From assembly GCF_058153355.1 (NCBI RefSeq), contig NZ_CM177019.1: 64,000 nt of DNA; one strand, 5' to 3'. Shown piece after piece: positions 35,038 through 47,567 of this stretch (position 1 is its first letter; every line of letters starts with the position of its first letter). The notes beneath the pieces are model-generated. The model saw only the letters and a program-made list of their open reading frames with translations. It was not told the DNA's origin and made no database searches. Both the position numbers and the translations under genes were made by a program.

Positions 35038-36465
35038 TCACCCGAACAGATGGAGTATTTTCCCTATCAAACCGGCAAAGATAAAAATGTAGAAAATAAT
35101 TTTGATGACGCCCAGGCAGCCCGGCCCACCATCGTCAACGGGCATCGACTGCGGTTGCGGCTCCGGTTCGACGGTTTGCTTCTCGGTAAAATTTGCCGCC
35201 TGAATTAATAATCGACGAATCATTAATGCTTCCAGTGGACAACGATCTTCTGCATCAAGGCGGCTGACGATCGGCATTAATGATTCTTCTGTCGGTTGGC
35301 TGGCCTGAACTAATTGTTTAGCAACTAAATATAATGGCCATAAGGGATGTTCTGTATCACGCGTGAGTGAGATCCGCGGCTTACGTCCTTTGTGCAAAAC
35401 CATCTCGACCAGAGAACGCCCCAGCGCAGAGAGTTTTTCATCACTGAGTATTTCGTATAAATGAAAACGCGTACGAGCGCTGTCACCAGGGACATAAAGT
35501 AGCGGTTTTCCCTGATCGTTAACCAGATCACGCGCTTCAATCATCATCACCACTAACGGGTAATAATCGACCCGATGCTGACGGCACCATTGCAACATTA
35601 AAGCATCCGCCTGGGTGGAGGGATACTCGCGCCAGTAGTCACAAAGTTCTGCCAGCAGGCTTTCGCCTTCTCCACAATAGACGCGTTGCGCGTATTCATA
35701 ATAACGCGCATCTTCATTATCAGGTTCAGCTTCCCGCCACGATCGGGCGTAATCCAGAAGTTCGGGGATATCCAGACGGCTTGTGCTATACCAGCGGAGT
35801 AAATTTTTGTGCAAATTTGCATCATCGGGGATAATCACTGCGCGATGTTGCGCTAAATACAATGTCAGCCATTCTGGATGCGATGACCAAATCCGAGCGA
35901 ACATTTGGTAAAAATCAATGGTGTCATTTTGTACGGCAACGGGCAGATGCAGAATGGTCTGGAAGTTAAAAACATTCCCCTTCGCAATGGCATATAAAAA
36001 GGATTCCAGTTCTTCTTCGTCTATTTCCCCGACGTTTTCCTCCTGCAACCACCGCAATCTTTCTGCTAATAACACCACGCACTCGAAGGATAAATGGGCA
36101 GTGTTCATAGCTATTGTGCACAGCGACCAGCGTAATTCATCAATATCTTCCATCGAGCAATAATTTAATTGCTGAATGAATCGCTGCCAGGCAGAGGGCA
36201 GAAAACGTTCGCTATCAGAGGCGAGTAACGCACGAAAGGCGAGCAGAATTTCATGTTCTGCAACTTCATGTTCTTCTGGTTGCCAAACAGATTTAGCAGG
36301 CGACTGCGCAATCCGTAGCGCGTCCTCATACGCCTGACGAAGTTGTTTAAAACCCTGCGGTTCGGTTTCTGGATGAAAGGACGGTAACAGCGCCAGATAA
36401 GCGCGGCGGATAATATCGACGTCAGTCGTTTCCTCTATTTCGAGAATATTCCAGCAATTTTTCAT
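35038..36465 (-). CDS. djlB: DjlB, tail-anchored J-domain co-chaperone (475 aa)
   Basis: N-terminal J-like domain (HPE in place of canonical HPD) and C-terminal hydrophobic tail [23 protein letters not shown]. Confidence 0.9.
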   Translation of the reverse strand: MKNCWNILEIEETTDVDIIRRAYLALLPSFHPETEPQGFKQLRQAYEDALRIAQSPAKSVWQPEEHEVAEHEILLAFRALLASDSERFLPSAWQRFIQQLNYCSMEDIDELRWSLCTIAMNTAHLSFECVVLLAERLRWLQEENVGEIDEEELESFLYAIAKGNVFNFQTILHLPVAVQNDTIDFYQMFARIWSSHPEWLTLYLAQHRAVIIPDDANLHKNLLRWYSTSRLDIPELLDYARSWREAEPDNEDARYYEYAQRVYCGEGESLLAELCDYWREYPSTQADALMLQWCRQHRVDYYPLVVMMIEARDLVNDQGKPLLYVPGDSARTRFHLYEILSDEKLSALGRSLVEMVLHKGRKPRISLTRDTEHPLWPLYLVAKQLVQASQPTEESLMPIVSRLDAEDRCPLEALMIRRLLIQAANFTEKQTVEPEPQPQSMPVDDGGPGCLGVIKIIFYIFIFAGLIGKILHLFG

Positions 36466-37178
36466 AGGTCGCTCATATCCTTAAGCGTTTCCGGACATGT
36501 GGGGTAGTCAGCCAGTGGTTGCCAGGGTAAGGTCGCGTAATATGCATCGTCACTGGCAATTAATTGATAAAACATATCATTGCCGGAATCGTCGTATTCT
36601 TTGCGTGCCAATGTTTCCCGCAATAACGGTAAATTGTCATCATCAGGAGACTGCCAGTATTGCCGGCCAAAGGTATAACCGGCGAAATACTGCCGCCAGC
36701 TGGTATAATAACGTAGCGCCCGCAGATGAAGACGCGATTGGATCCACAGGCTTTCTTCTTCGCTGAGCCAGTTATTAAGTACGCCCATCCGGCTTAAAAA
36801 ACCCATACGGACATAATCCCAGGCTTTTATACCGCCTTCGCCACAACATTCAGCAGTGCTGGCGGCAAACTGCGCGTAAGCCTGGCCTGACTCATTTAAC
36901 TCACTGGTATAGTTACGCCATTCACATGGTGAATAACGAAACCAGCGGTGATAAAAACCAACCAACCGCGCAGCATGACCGTTATCCATCATTCGGTGAA
37001 TTGTGCGCAGCAGGTCATCACGGTCATCAATTCCCCAGGAGGAAGAAAGGTCAAAAAAGCGTGTACCTAAATACATTTTGGGCGATGAATGCGAAGGTAA
37101 ACAGCATTCATTGCGTATTTCCATCGGAGTGGAAAGTGCAAACAATATTTTTTGCGACTCCATGTCCATATAATCCAT
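36462..37178 (-). CDS. ybeR: YbeR, DUF1266-family protein (235-238 aa; start at 37178 or 37169)
   Basis: [26 protein letters not shown]...; paralog of YbeU; stop overlaps djlB start (ATGA). Confidence 0.88.
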   Translation of the reverse strand: MDYMDMESQKILFALSTPMEIRNECCLPSHSSPKMYLGTRFFDLSSSWGIDDRDDLLRTIHRMMDNGHAARLVGFYHRWFRYSPCEWRNYTSELNESGQAYAQFAASTAECCGEGGIKAWDYVRMGFLSRMGVLNNWLSEEESLWIQSRLHLRALRYYTSWRQYFAGYTFGRQYWQSPDDDNLPLLRETLARKEYDDSGNDMFYQLIASDDAYYATLPWQPLADYPTCPETLKDMSDL

Positions 37179-37332
37179 CCTTAAATATTCATTTAATGAA
37201 TATAAACTACATTGCGAGGCTCATTTATTTATACTTTTCTGACGCGACATAATACGCATAAAATAAGACTTGCGCAAAAATGGAATACATAAAAATATAA
37301 TATATTTTCTCCGTAACCATAAGGAAATGATA

Positions 37333-38310
37333 ATGATTTTTACATCAAGTTGCTGCGATAATTTATCAATAGATGAGATTATCGAACGTGCTGAAAAAGG
37401 AGATAGTGAAGCACAATATATTGTTGGGTTTTATTATAATCGCGATAGCGCAATTGACTCTCCGGACGACGAAAAAGCCTTCTACTGGCTGAAGCTTGCC
37501 GCTGAACAAGGCCATTGTGAAGCACAATATTCCTTAGGGCGGAAATACTCCGAGGATAAAAGCCGTCATAAAGATAATGAGCAAGCCATCTTTTGGCTGA
37601 AAAAAGCTGCCCTACAAGGCCATACTTTCGCTTCCAACGCCCTTGGCTGGATACTGGATCGTGGAGAAGACCCCAACTATAAAGAAGCGGTTGCCTGGTA
37701 TCAGATAGCCGCGGAGAGCGGAATGCCTTATGCGCAAAATAATCTTGGGTGGATGTACAGAAATGGCAACGGAGTCACACAAGATTATGCGCTGGCATTT
37801 TTCTGGTACAAACAAGCTGCATTGCAAGGCCATAGTTACGCACAAGACAATCTGGCCGATCTTTATGAAGACGGTAAAGGTGTTGCCCAAAACAAAGCTC
37901 TTGCCGCATTCTGGTATTTGAAAAGCGCACAGCAAGGTAATCGGCACGCTCAATTTCAAATTGCGTGGGATTATAACGCTGGCGAAGGGGTTGACCAGGA
38001 CTATAAGCAAGCAATGTACTGGTATCTGAAGGCTGCCGCTCAGGAAAGCGTCGGCGCTTACGTTAACATCGGCTATATGTATAAACACGGTCAAGGCGTT
38101 GAGAAGGATTATCAGGCAGCCTTTGAATGGTTTACGAAAGCCGCTGAATGCGATAATGCCACTGCCTAGTATAACCTTGCCATTATGTATCATTACGGAG
38201 AAGGAAGACCTGTCGATCTCCGACAGGCTCTCGATCTGTATCGTAAAGCTCAGTCATCCGGTACCAAGGATGTCAGTCAAAAAATCCGTGAGATTGAAGA
38301 TTTACTGTAG
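37333..38310 (+). pseudogene. ybeQ: ybeQ (Sel1-repeat protein) with in-frame amber stop at 38167-38169; would be 325 aa if read through
   Basis: Sel1 repeats continue uninterrupted across the TAG (...KAAECDNATA*YNLAIMYHYGEGRPVDLRQALDLYRKAQ...); the stop sits where other repeats have Gln (AQxxLG). Confidence 0.6.
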
Positions 38311-38311
38311 A

Positions 38312-38360
38312 GATAAAAACAAGGGCCGGGGAATTTTATTCGGCCCATATTCTCTTTATT
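38312..38360. terminator. Candidate bidirectional terminator between ybeQ and ybeL
   Basis: GGGCCGGGGAATTTTATTCGGCCC hairpin flanked by A- and T-rich runs. Confidence 0.45.
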
Positions 38361-38379
38361 GCTGTTTGAAATCGGACCA

Positions 38380-38862
38380 TTAAGGCTCGAACGGGCGTCT
38401 CTGGAACTGATCATGACCACATTTCGGGCATAGCGTCAGCACTTCCGGTGTGTAGATTGGGAGATGGAAGTGACATTTCTCGCAGACCAGATTCCCCAGA
38501 CCTACGACTTCCCCGCTGTGATAAACCCCGTGATGATTGAGGTCCTGGAAAACTTCGCGCCATTCAAGCTGCGTTTTATCGGTGATGTCTGCCAGTTCCT
38601 GCCACAAGCTTTCTTTAATCACCCGCATAAAGACGCTGTCAGACTCTTCTTTCAGGCTCTCTTCATAGCTCATGGCGAACTCTTCCAGGTCACGTCTGAC
38701 AGCTCGCGTCAGCTCATCGACCTCGGTTCGCGTTAACTCCCCTGTTTTTATTACGCGCTCGCGCGCCTGTTCCACCAGTGCGTCGATATCACGTTCGCCA
38801 TTACGCAGGCGTTCGCTCAGTGACGCGACCAGTTCACGGTAATATTGAGCAACCTTGTTCAT
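38380..38862 (-). CDS. ybeL: YbeL, DUF1451 zinc-ribbon protein (160 aa)
   Basis: C-terminal CEKCH...CPKCGH zinc-ribbon motif; correct length and position upstream of leuS. Confidence 0.92.
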   Translation of the reverse strand: MNKVAQYYRELVASLSERLRNGERDIDALVEQARERVIKTGELTRTEVDELTRAVRRDLEEFAMSYEESLKEESDSVFMRVIKESLWQELADITDKTQLEWREVFQDLNHHGVYHSGEVVGLGNLVCEKCHFHLPIYTPEVLTLCPKCGHDQFQRRPFEP

Positions 38863-39097
38863 CGTTTCATCTCCCGGGTCGTTAACTGACTATAATAATA
38901 GACGTTCTTTGTTCCTTGCTTTGCTATTACGCCCACAAACTCTGTAAATTAATGTATGAATAATCCGGGCATCATTTCAACGTCGAGTGCGCGAAAGGCT
39001 GTTTTGACGCGGACGTTTGGGCTATGCTATGCGGATCTGAAAAACCACCTCTAACGCTACTTTTGTAGCCGTATTGAAAACAGGACCACTGGCTGCC

Positions 39098-41680
39098 ATG
39101 CAAGAGCAATACCGCCCGGAAGAGATAGAATCCAAAGTACAGCTTCATTGGGATGAGAAGCGCACATTTGAAGTAACAGAAGACGAGAGCAAAGAGAAGT
39201 ATTACTGCCTGTCTATGCTTCCCTATCCTTCTGGTCGACTACACATGGGCCACGTACGTAACTACACCATCGGTGACGTGATCGCCCGTTACCAGCGCAT
39301 GCTGGGCAAAAACGTTCTGCAGCCGATCGGCTGGGACGCGTTTGGTCTGCCTGCGGAAGGCGCAGCGGTGAAAAATAACACCGCGCCAGCACCGTGGACG
39401 TACGACAACATCGCGTACATGAAAAACCAGCTCAAAATGCTGGGCTTTGGTTATGACTGGAGCCGCGAGCTGGCAACCTGTACACCGGAATACTACCGTT
39501 GGGAACAGAAATTCTTCACCGAGCTGTATAAAAAAGGCCTGGTATATAAGAAGACTTCTGCGGTCAACTGGTGCCCGAACGACCAGACCGTACTGGCGAA
39601 CGAACAGGTTATCGACGGCTGCTGCTGGCGCTGCGATACCAAAGTTGAGCGTAAAGAGATCCCGCAGTGGTTTATCAAAATCACCGCTTACGCTGACGAG
39701 CTGCTCAACGATCTGGATAAACTGGATCACTGGCCAGACACCGTTAAAACCATGCAGCGTAACTGGATCGGTCGTTCCGAAGGCGTGGAAATCACCTTCA
39801 ACGTTAACGACTATGACAACACGCTGACCGTTTACACTACCCGCCCGGACACCCTTATGGGTTGTACCTACCTGGCGGTAGCGGCAGGTCATCCGCTGGC
39901 ACAAAAAGCGGCGGAAAATAATCCTGAACTGGCGGCCTTTATTGACGAATGCCGTAACACCAAAGTTGCCGAAGCTGAAATGGCAACGATGGAGAAAAAA
40001 GGCGTCGATACTGGCTTTAAAGCGGTTCACCCATTAACGGGCGAAGAAATTCCCGTTTGGGCAGCAAACTTCGTATTGATGGAATACGGCACGGGCGCAG
40101 TTATGGCGGTTCCGGGTCACGACCAGCGCGACTACGAGTTTGCCTCTAAATACGGCCTGAATATCAAACCGGTTATCCTGGCAGCTGACGGTTCTGAGCC
40201 AGATCTTTCTCAGCAAGCCCTGACCGAAAAAGGCGTGCTGTTCAACTCTGGCGAGTTCAACGGCCTTGATCATGAAGCAGCCTTCAACGCCATTGCCGAT
40301 AAACTGACTGCGATGGGTGTTGGCGAGCGTAAAGTGAACTATCGCCTGCGCGACTGGGGTGTTTCCCGTCAACGTTACTGGGGCGCGCCGATTCCGATGG
40401 TGACGCTGGAAGACGGTACTGTAATGCCGACCCCGGACGACCAACTGCCGGTGATCCTGCCGGAAGATGTGGTGATGGACGGCATTACCAGCCCAATCAA
40501 AGCTGATCCTGAGTGGGCGAAAACCACCGTTAACGGTATGCCAGCGCTGCGTGAAACCGACACTTTCGACACCTTTATGGAGTCCTCCTGGTACTATGCG
40601 CGCTACACTTGCCCTGAGTACAAAGAAGGTATGCTGGATTCCGAAGCGGCCAACTACTGGCTGCCGGTGGATATCTACATTGGTGGTATCGAACACGCCA
40701 TTATGCACCTGCTCTACTTCCGCTTCTTCCATAAACTGATGCGTGATGCAGGCATGGTGAACTCTGACGAACCAGCAAAACAGTTGCTGTGTCAGGGTAT
40801 GGTGCTGGCGGATGCCTTCTACTATGTTGGCGAAAACGGCGAGCGTAACTGGGTTTCCCCAGTTGATGCTATCGTTGAACGTGACGAGAAAGGCCGTATC
40901 GTGAAAGCGAAAGATGCGGCAGGCCATGAACTGGTTTATACCGGCATGAGCAAAATGTCCAAGTCGAAGAACAACGGTATCGACCCACAGGTGATGGTTG
41001 AACGTTACGGCGCGGACACCGTTCGTCTGTTTATGATGTTTGCTTCTCCGGCGGATATGACTCTCGAATGGCAGGAGTCTGGCGTGGAAGGGGCTAACCG
41101 CTTCCTGAAACGTGTCTGGAAACTGGTTTACGAGCACACTGCAAAAGGTGATGTTGCAGCACTGAATGTCGACGCGTTGACTGAAGATCAGAAAGCACTG
41201 CGTCGCGATGTTCATAAAACTATCGCTAAAGTGACCGATGATATCGGCCGTCGTCAGACCTTCAACACCGCGATTGCGGCAATTATGGAGCTGATGAACA
41301 AACTGGCGAAAGCACCGACCGATGGCGAGCAGGATCGCGCCCTGATGCAGGAAGCGCTGCTGGCGGTAGTCCGTATGCTTAACCCGTTCACCCCGCACAT
41401 CTGCTTCACGCTGTGGCAGGAACTGAAAGGCGAAGGCGATATCGACAACGCGCCGTGGCCGGTTGCTGACGAAAAAGCGATGGTGGAAGACTCCACCCTG
41501 GTGGTGGTGCAGGTTAACGGTAAAGTCCGTGCCAAAATCACTGTTCCGGTGGACGCAACGGAAGAACAGGTTCGCGAACGTGCTGGCCAGGAACATCTGG
41601 TAGCAAAATATCTCGATGGCGTTACTGTGCGTAAAGTGATTTACGTACCAGGTAAACTCCTCAATCTGGTCGTTGGCTAA
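39098..41680 (+). CDS. leuS: Leucyl-tRNA synthetase (860 aa)
   Basis: [21 protein letters not shown]... from ATG at 39098; HMGH and KMSKS class I motifs. Confidence 0.97.
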   Translation: MQEQYRPEEIESKVQLHWDEKRTFEVTEDESKEKYYCLSMLPYPSGRLHMGHVRNYTIGDVIARYQRMLGKNVLQPIGWDAFGLPAEGAAVKNNTAPAPWTYDNIAYMKNQLKMLGFGYDWSRELATCTPEYYRWEQKFFTELYKKGLVYKKTSAVNWCPNDQTVLANEQVIDGCCWRCDTKVERKEIPQWFIKITAYADELLNDLDKLDHWPDTVKTMQRNWIGRSEGVEITFNVNDYDNTLTVYTTRPDTLMGCTYLAVAAGHPLAQKAAENNPELAAFIDECRNTKVAEAEMATMEKKGVDTGFKAVHPLTGEEIPVWAANFVLMEYGTGAVMAVPGHDQRDYEFASKYGLNIKPVILAADGSEPDLSQQALTEKGVLFNSGEFNGLDHEAAFNAIADKLTAMGVGERKVNYRLRDWGVSRQRYWGAPIPMVTLEDGTVMPTPDDQLPVILPEDVVMDGITSPIKADPEWAKTTVNGMPALRETDTFDTFMESSWYYARYTCPEYKEGMLDSEAANYWLPVDIYIGGIEHAIMHLLYFRFFHKLMRDAGMVNSDEPAKQLLCQGMVLADAFYYVGENGERNWVSPVDAIVERDEKGRIVKAKDAAGHELVYTGMSKMSKSKNNGIDPQVMVERYGADTVRLFMMFASPADMTLEWQESGVEGANRFLKRVWKLVYEHTAKGDVAALNVDALTEDQKALRRDVHKTIAKVTDDIGRRQTFNTAIAAIMELMNKLAKAPTDGEQDRALMQEALLAVVRMLNPFTPHICFTLWQELKGEGDIDNAPWPVADEKAMVEDSTLVVVQVNGKVRAKITVPVDATEEQVRERAGQEHLVAKYLDGVTVRKVIYVPGKLLNLVVG

Positions 41681-41694
41681 GCGCGGGAGGAAGC

Positions 41695-42276
41695 GTGCGA
41701 TATCTGGTAACATTGTTGTTATCTCTGGCGGTGTTAATCACCGCCGGGTGTGGCTGGCATCTGCGTGACACCACGCAGGTTCCTTCCACTATGAAGGTCA
41801 TGATCCTGGACTCAGGCGATCCGAACGGGCCATTAAGCCGTGCGGTACGTAACCAGTTACGTCTGAATGGTGTCGAGTTGCTTGATAAAGAAACCACGCG
41901 TAAGGACGTTCCATCCCTGCGTTTGGGTAAAGTGAGCATCGCGAAAGATACCGCATCGGTATTCCGTAACGGTCAAACAGCAGAGTATCAGATGATCATG
42001 ACGGTCAATGCGACCGTGTTGATCCCCGGCCGTGACATCTACCCGATTAGCGCCAAAGTCTTCCGTTCGTTCTTCGATAACCCGCAAATGGCGTTAGCGA
42101 AAGATAACGAACAAGACATGATCGTAAAAGAGATGTACGACCGTGCTGCCGAACAGCTGATTCGTAAGCTGCCAAGCATCCGTGCTGCGGATATTCGTTC
42201 CGACGAAGAACAGACGTCGACCACAACGGATACTCCGGCAACGCCTGCACGCGTCTCTACCACGCTGGGTAACTGA
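41695..42276 (+). CDS. lptE: LPS-assembly lipoprotein LptE/RlpB (193 aa)
   Basis: [24 protein letters not shown] lipobox. Confidence 0.95.
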   Translation: MRYLVTLLLSLAVLITAGCGWHLRDTTQVPSTMKVMILDSGDPNGPLSRAVRNQLRLNGVELLDKETTRKDVPSLRLGKVSIAKDTASVFRNGQTAEYQMIMTVNATVLIPGRDIYPISAKVFRSFFDNPQMALAKDNEQDMIVKEMYDRAAEQLIRKLPSIRAADIRSDEEQTSTTTDTPATPARVSTTLGN

Positions 42277-43307
42277 TGATTCGGTTGTACCCGGAACAAC
42301 TTCGCGCGCAGCTCAATGAAGGGCTGCGCGCGGCGTATCTTTTACTTGGTAACGATCCTCTGTTATTGCAGGAAAGCCAGGACGCTATTCGTCAGGTCGC
42401 TGCGGCACAAGGATTCGAAGAACACCACACTTTTTCCATTGATCCCAACACTGACTGGAATGCGGTCTTTTCGTTATGCCAGGCCATGAGTCTGTTTGCC
42501 AGTCGACAAACGCTATTGCTGTTGTTACCAGAAAACGGACCGAATGCGGCGATCAATGAACAACTTCTCACACTCACTGGACTTCTGCATGACGACCTGC
42601 TGTTGATCGTCCGCGGTAATAAATTAAGCAAAGCGCAAGAAAATGCTGCCTGGTTTACTGCTCTTGCGAATCGCAGCGTGCAGGTGACCTGTCAGACGCC
42701 GGAGCAGGCTCAGCTTCCCCGCTGGGTTGCTGCGCGTGCAAAACAGCTCAACTTAGAACTGGATGACGCCGCAAATCAGGTGCTCTGCTACTGTTATGAA
42801 GGTAACCTGCTGGCACTGGCCCAGGCACTGGAGCGTTTATCGCTGCTCTGGCCGGACGGCAAACTGACCTTACCGCGCGTTGAACAGGCGGTGAATGATG
42901 CCGCGCATTTCACCCCTTTTCATTGGGTTGATGCTTTGTTGATGGGCAAAAGTAAGCGCGCATTGCATATTCTTCAGCAACTGCGTCTGGAAGGCAGCGA
43001 GCCGGTTATTTTGTTGCGCACATTACAACGTGAACTGTTGTTACTGGTTAACCTGAAACGCCAGTCTGCCCATACGCCACTGCGTGCGTTGTTTGATAAG
43101 CATCGGGTATGGCAGAACCGCCGGGGCATGATGGGCGAGGCGTTAAATCGCTTAAGCCAGCCGCAGTTACGTCAGGCCGTGCAACTCCTGACACGAACGG
43201 AACTCACCCTCAAACAAGATTACGGTCAGTCAGTATGGGCAGAGCTGGAAGGATTATCTCTTCTGTTGTGCCATAAACCGCTGGCGGACGTATTTATCGA
43301 CGGTTGA
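42276..43307 (+). CDS. holA: DNA polymerase III delta subunit HolA (343 aa)
   Basis: [30 protein letters not shown]...; overlaps lptE stop. Confidence 0.95.
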   Translation: MIRLYPEQLRAQLNEGLRAAYLLLGNDPLLLQESQDAIRQVAAAQGFEEHHTFSIDPNTDWNAVFSLCQAMSLFASRQTLLLLLPENGPNAAINEQLLTLTGLLHDDLLLIVRGNKLSKAQENAAWFTALANRSVQVTCQTPEQAQLPRWVAARAKQLNLELDDAANQVLCYCYEGNLLALAQALERLSLLWPDGKLTLPRVEQAVNDAAHFTPFHWVDALLMGKSKRALHILQQLRLEGSEPVILLRTLQRELLLLVNLKRQSAHTPLRALFDKHRVWQNRRGMMGEALNRLSQPQLRQAVQLLTRTELTLKQDYGQSVWAELEGLSLLLCHKPLADVFIDG

Positions 43308-43308
43308 T

Positions 43309-43950
43309 ATGAAATCTTTACAGGCTCTGTTTGGTGGCACCTTTGATCCGGTGCACTATGGTCATCTTAAGCCCGTGGAAACGCTGGCGAACTTGATTGG
43401 TCTGACGCGAGTCACCATCATCCCTAATAATGTTCCTCCGCATCGTCCCCAGCCGGAAGCAACCAGCGTGCAGCGTAGACACATGCTTGAACTGGCGATT
43501 GCCGACAAGCCACTGTTTACCCTTGATGAACGCGAGCTAAAGCGCAATTCTCCCTCTTACACTGCACAAACACTGAAAGAATGGCGGCAGGAACAAGGGC
43601 CAGATGTGCCGCTGGCATTTATTATTGGCCAGGATTCACTGCTCACCTTTCCAACCTGGTACGAATACGAAACGATACTCGACAATGCACATTTGATCGT
43701 CTGTCGGCGTCCCGGTTACCCACTAGAAATGGCGCAACCGCAATACCAGCAATGGCTGGAAGATCATTTGACACATAACCCGGAAGATCTCCATCTTCAG
43801 CCTGCCGGTAAAATTTATCTGGCTGAAACGCCATGGTTTAACATCTCGGCGACCATCATCCGCGAACGGTTGCAAAAGGGTGAATCGTGTGAGGATTTAT
43901 TGCCGGAACCGGTACTGACTTACATAAACCAACAAGGCTTGTATCGCTGA
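43309..43950 (+). CDS. nadD: Nicotinate-nucleotide adenylyltransferase NadD (213 aa)
   Basis: [11 protein letters not shown] nucleotidyltransferase motif. Confidence 0.95.
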   Translation: MKSLQALFGGTFDPVHYGHLKPVETLANLIGLTRVTIIPNNVPPHRPQPEATSVQRRHMLELAIADKPLFTLDERELKRNSPSYTAQTLKEWRQEQGPDVPLAFIIGQDSLLTFPTWYEYETILDNAHLIVCRRPGYPLEMAQPQYQQWLEDHLTHNPEDLHLQPAGKIYLAETPWFNISATIIRERLQKGESCEDLLPEPVLTYINQQGLYR

Positions 43951-43973
43951 TACCTGTCGTTACGGAGGGCATG

Positions 43974-44585
43974 ATGCGACTGTGGTTAATTCGTCATGGC
44001 GAAACGCAAGCGAATGTCGATGGTCTGTACAGCGGTCATGCGCCCACGCCCCTGACCGCACGCGGTATTGAGCAAGCGCAAAATCTACATACACTGCTAC
44101 ATGATGTTTCCTTTGACCTGGTTTTATGCAGTGAACTGGAACGGGCACAGCATACCGCGCGACGGGTTCTCAGTGACCGCCAGATCCCCGTGCAAATCAT
44201 CCCTGAACTCAACGAAATGTTTTTTGGCGACTGGGAGATGCGACATCATCGCGACCTCATGCAAGAAGATGCCGAAAACTATAGCGCGTGGTGCAATGAC
44301 TGGCAGCATGCTATCCCCACGAACGGTGAAGGATTTCAGGCATTTTCACAACGTGTGGAACGGTTTATCGCCAAGCTTAGTGAATTTCAGCACTATCAGA
44401 ATATTTTAGTCGTCAGCCATCAGGGTGTACTGAGTCTGTTAATCGCTCGTTTAATTGGCATGCCTGCCGAGGCTATGTGGCATTTTCGCGTTGACCAGGG
44501 GTGTTGGAGCGCCATTGATATCAACCAAAAATTCGCGACGCTACGCGTCCTCAATAGCCGTGCCATCGGGGTCGAGAATACATGA
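43974..44585 (+). CDS. cobC: Alpha-ribazole phosphatase CobC/PhpB (203 aa), histidine phosphatase family
   Basis: MRLWLIRHGETQAN (RHG catalytic motif). Confidence 0.9.
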   Translation: MRLWLIRHGETQANVDGLYSGHAPTPLTARGIEQAQNLHTLLHDVSFDLVLCSELERAQHTARRVLSDRQIPVQIIPELNEMFFGDWEMRHHRDLMQEDAENYSAWCNDWQHAIPTNGEGFQAFSQRVERFIAKLSEFQHYQNILVVSHQGVLSLLIARLIGMPAEAMWHFRVDQGCWSAIDINQKFATLRVLNSRAIGVENT

Positions 44586-44826
44586 CTTTTCTGTTTTTTT
44601 ACGGGTAAGCCGCAACGACCATTGACAGCCCCGGGCAGGCTGATATTCTCCGCAGCCAGACTTTTTTCGCCAGACACGACTTTGTAGAAATTGTTTTACA
44701 AAAATGGCGATGCAATCTGCGGCGCGGGGTGGGATGATAGCCCACTTTCGAAAGCCGATTCGGCGACAATTGTCCCGAAATCGCCTCTGGTTCAGGTATA
44801 CTGACAGACCATTTTTATCTATTTGA

Positions 44827-45162
<336 letters not shown>

Positions 45163-45165
45163 TGC

Positions 45166-45633
45166 GTGAAGCTGCAACTTGTCGCCGTGGGAACGAAAAT
45201 GCCGGACTGGGTACAAACCGGTTTTACCGAGTACCTGCGCCGTTTTCCGAAAGATATGCCCTTCGAGCTAATTGAAATTCCGGCCGGAAAACGCGGCAAG
45301 AATGCGGACATCAAGCGCATACTCGACAAAGAGGGTGAGCAGATGCTGGCAGCCGCAGGCAAAAACCGCATTGTCACCCTCGATATTCCAGGCAAGCCCT
45401 GGGATACGCCGCAGTTAGCCGCTGAACTGGAACGCTGGAAGCTGGATGGTCGCGACGTCAGTCTGCTGATTGGCGGGCCTGAAGGGTTGTCGCCTGCCTG
45501 CAAAGCGGCGGCGGAACAAAGCTGGTCGCTGTCGGCGCTTACCCTTCCCCATCCGCTGGTTCGCGTGCTGGTCGCAGAGAGCCTGTACCGGGCGTGGAGC
45601 ATCACCACCAACCATCCTTATCACCGTGAGTGA
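45166..45633 (+). CDS. rlmH: 23S rRNA m3Psi1915 methyltransferase RlmH (155 aa)
   Basis: SPOUT-class fold; [16 protein letters not shown]... Confidence 0.95.
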
Positions 45634-45663
45634 TAAGGGAGCTTTGAGTAGAAAACGCAGCGG

Positions 45664-47565
45664 ATGAAACTACAGAACTCTTTTCGCGACTATACGGCAG
45701 AGTCCGCGCTGTTTGTGCGCCGGGCGCTGGTCGCCTTTTTGGGGATTTTGCTGCTGACCGGCGTGCTTATCGCCAATCTGTATAATCTGCAAATTGTTCG
45801 CTTTACCGATTACCAGACCCGCTCTAATGAAAACCGCATTAAGCTGGTGCCTATCGCGCCAAGCCGCGGCATTATCTACGACCGCAACGGTATTCCTCTG
45901 GCACTCAACCGCACTATCTACCAGATAGAAATGATGCCGGAGAAAGTCGATAATGTGCAGCAAACGCTGGATGCTTTGCGCAGCGTGGTCGACCTAACCG
46001 ATGACGATATCGCTGCATTCCGAAAAGAGCGCGCTCGTTCACATCGTTTCACCTCTATCCCGGTGAAAACTAACCTGACCGAAGTACAAGTGGCGCGCTT
46101 TGCCGTTAACCAGTACCGTTTTCCGGGTGTCGAAGTTAAAGGCTATAAACGTCGTTACTATCCTTACGGTTCAGCGTTGACCCACGTCATCGGCTATGTG
46201 TCGAAAATCAACGATAAAGACGTCGAACGCCTGAATAATGACGGCAAACTGGCTAACTATGCGGCAACGCATGATATCGGTAAGCTGGGAATTGAACGTT
46301 ACTATGAAGACGTGCTGCACGGCCAGACAGGTTATGAAGAGGTTGAAGTTAACAACCGTGGGCGTGTTATCCGCCAGTTAAAAGAAGTGCCACCGCAAGC
46401 CGGACACGATATTTACCTGACGCTGGATCTCAAACTGCAGCAATATATTGAAACGCTGCTGGCGGGTAGCCGCGCAGCGGTGGTAGTCACCGATCCGCGT
46501 ACAGGTGGGGTGCTGGCGCTGGTTTCCACGCCTAGTTATGACCCAAACCTGTTTGTTGACGGTATCTCCAGCAAAGATTATTCCGCCTTGCTGAACGACC
46601 CAAATACACCGCTGGTGAACCGCGCCACACAGGGGGTTTATCCTCCCGCGTCTACAGTTAAACCCTATGTAGCGGTTTCGGCATTGAGCGCAGGAGTGAT
46701 CACGCGTAATACGACGCTGTTTGACCCAGGCTGGTGGCAACTGCCAGGTTCAGAAAAACGTTATCGTGACTGGAAAAAATGGGGCCACGGGCGTCTGAAT
46801 GTCACAAGATCGCTGGAAGAATCTGCGGATACCTTCTTCTATCAGGTGGCCTACGATATGGGAATCGATCGCCTCTCCGAATGGATGGGTAAATTCGGTT
46901 ATGGTCATTACACCGGTATCGACCTGGCGGAAGAACGTTCCGGCAACATGCCTACCCGCGAATGGAAACAGAAACGCTTTAAAAAACCGTGGTATCAGGG
47001 TGACACCATTCCGGTTGGTATCGGTCAGGGTTACTGGACAGCGACCCCAATCCAGATGAGTAAGGCACTGATGATCCTGATTAATGACGGTATCGTGAAA
47101 GTTCCACATTTGCTGATGAGCACCGCTGAAGACGGCAAACAGGTGCCATGGGTACAACCGCATGAACCGCCCGTCGGCGATATTCATTCCGGTTACTGGG
47201 AGCTGGCAAAAGACGGTATGTACGGTGTTGCTAACCGCCCTAACGGTACGGCGCATAAATACTTTGCCAGCGCACCGTACAAAATTGCAGCAAAATCCGG
47301 TACGGCTCAGGTCTTCGGCCTGAAAGCGAACGAAACCTATAATGCGCACAAAATTGCCGAGCGTTTACGTGACCACAAACTGATGACCGCCTTTGCGCCA
47401 TACAACAATCCGCAAGTCGCTGTCGCCATGATTCTGGAGAACGGCGGTGCGGGTCCGGCGGTTGGTACGCTGATGCGCCAGATCCTCGACCACATTATGT
47501 TGGGTGATAACAACACCGATCTGCCTGCGGAAAATCCAGCGGTTGCCGCAGCGGAGGACCATTAA
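45664..47565 (+). CDS. mrdA: Penicillin-binding protein 2 (633 aa)
   Basis: Transpeptidase motifs STVK, SGT/KSGT; N-terminal membrane anchor. Confidence 0.97.
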   Translation: MKLQNSFRDYTAESALFVRRALVAFLGILLLTGVLIANLYNLQIVRFTDYQTRSNENRIKLVPIAPSRGIIYDRNGIPLALNRTIYQIEMMPEKVDNVQQTLDALRSVVDLTDDDIAAFRKERARSHRFTSIPVKTNLTEVQVARFAVNQYRFPGVEVKGYKRRYYPYGSALTHVIGYVSKINDKDVERLNNDGKLANYAATHDIGKLGIERYYEDVLHGQTGYEEVEVNNRGRVIRQLKEVPPQAGHDIYLTLDLKLQQYIETLLAGSRAAVVVTDPRTGGVLALVSTPSYDPNLFVDGISSKDYSALLNDPNTPLVNRATQGVYPPASTVKPYVAVSALSAGVITRNTTLFDPGWWQLPGSEKRYRDWKKWGHGRLNVTRSLEESADTFFYQVAYDMGIDRLSEWMGKFGYGHYTGIDLAEERSGNMPTREWKQKRFKKPWYQGDTIPVGIGQGYWTATPIQMSKALMILINDGIVKVPHLLMSTAEDGKQVPWVQPHEPPVGDIHSGYWELAKDGMYGVANRPNGTAHKYFASAPYKIAAKSGTAQVFGLKANETYNAHKIAERLRDHKLMTAFAPYNNPQVAVAMILENGGAGPAVGTLMRQILDHIMLGDNNTDLPAENPAVAAAEDH

Positions 47566-47567
47566 TC

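Noticed and set aside
40034-41713. 559-aa ORF antisense to leuS
   Set aside because: Lies entirely within leuS on the opposite strand; no recognisable domains; long antisense ORFs are common in GC-balanced coding sequence.
46750-47349. 199-aa ORF antisense to mrdA
   Set aside because: Shadow ORF inside mrdA.
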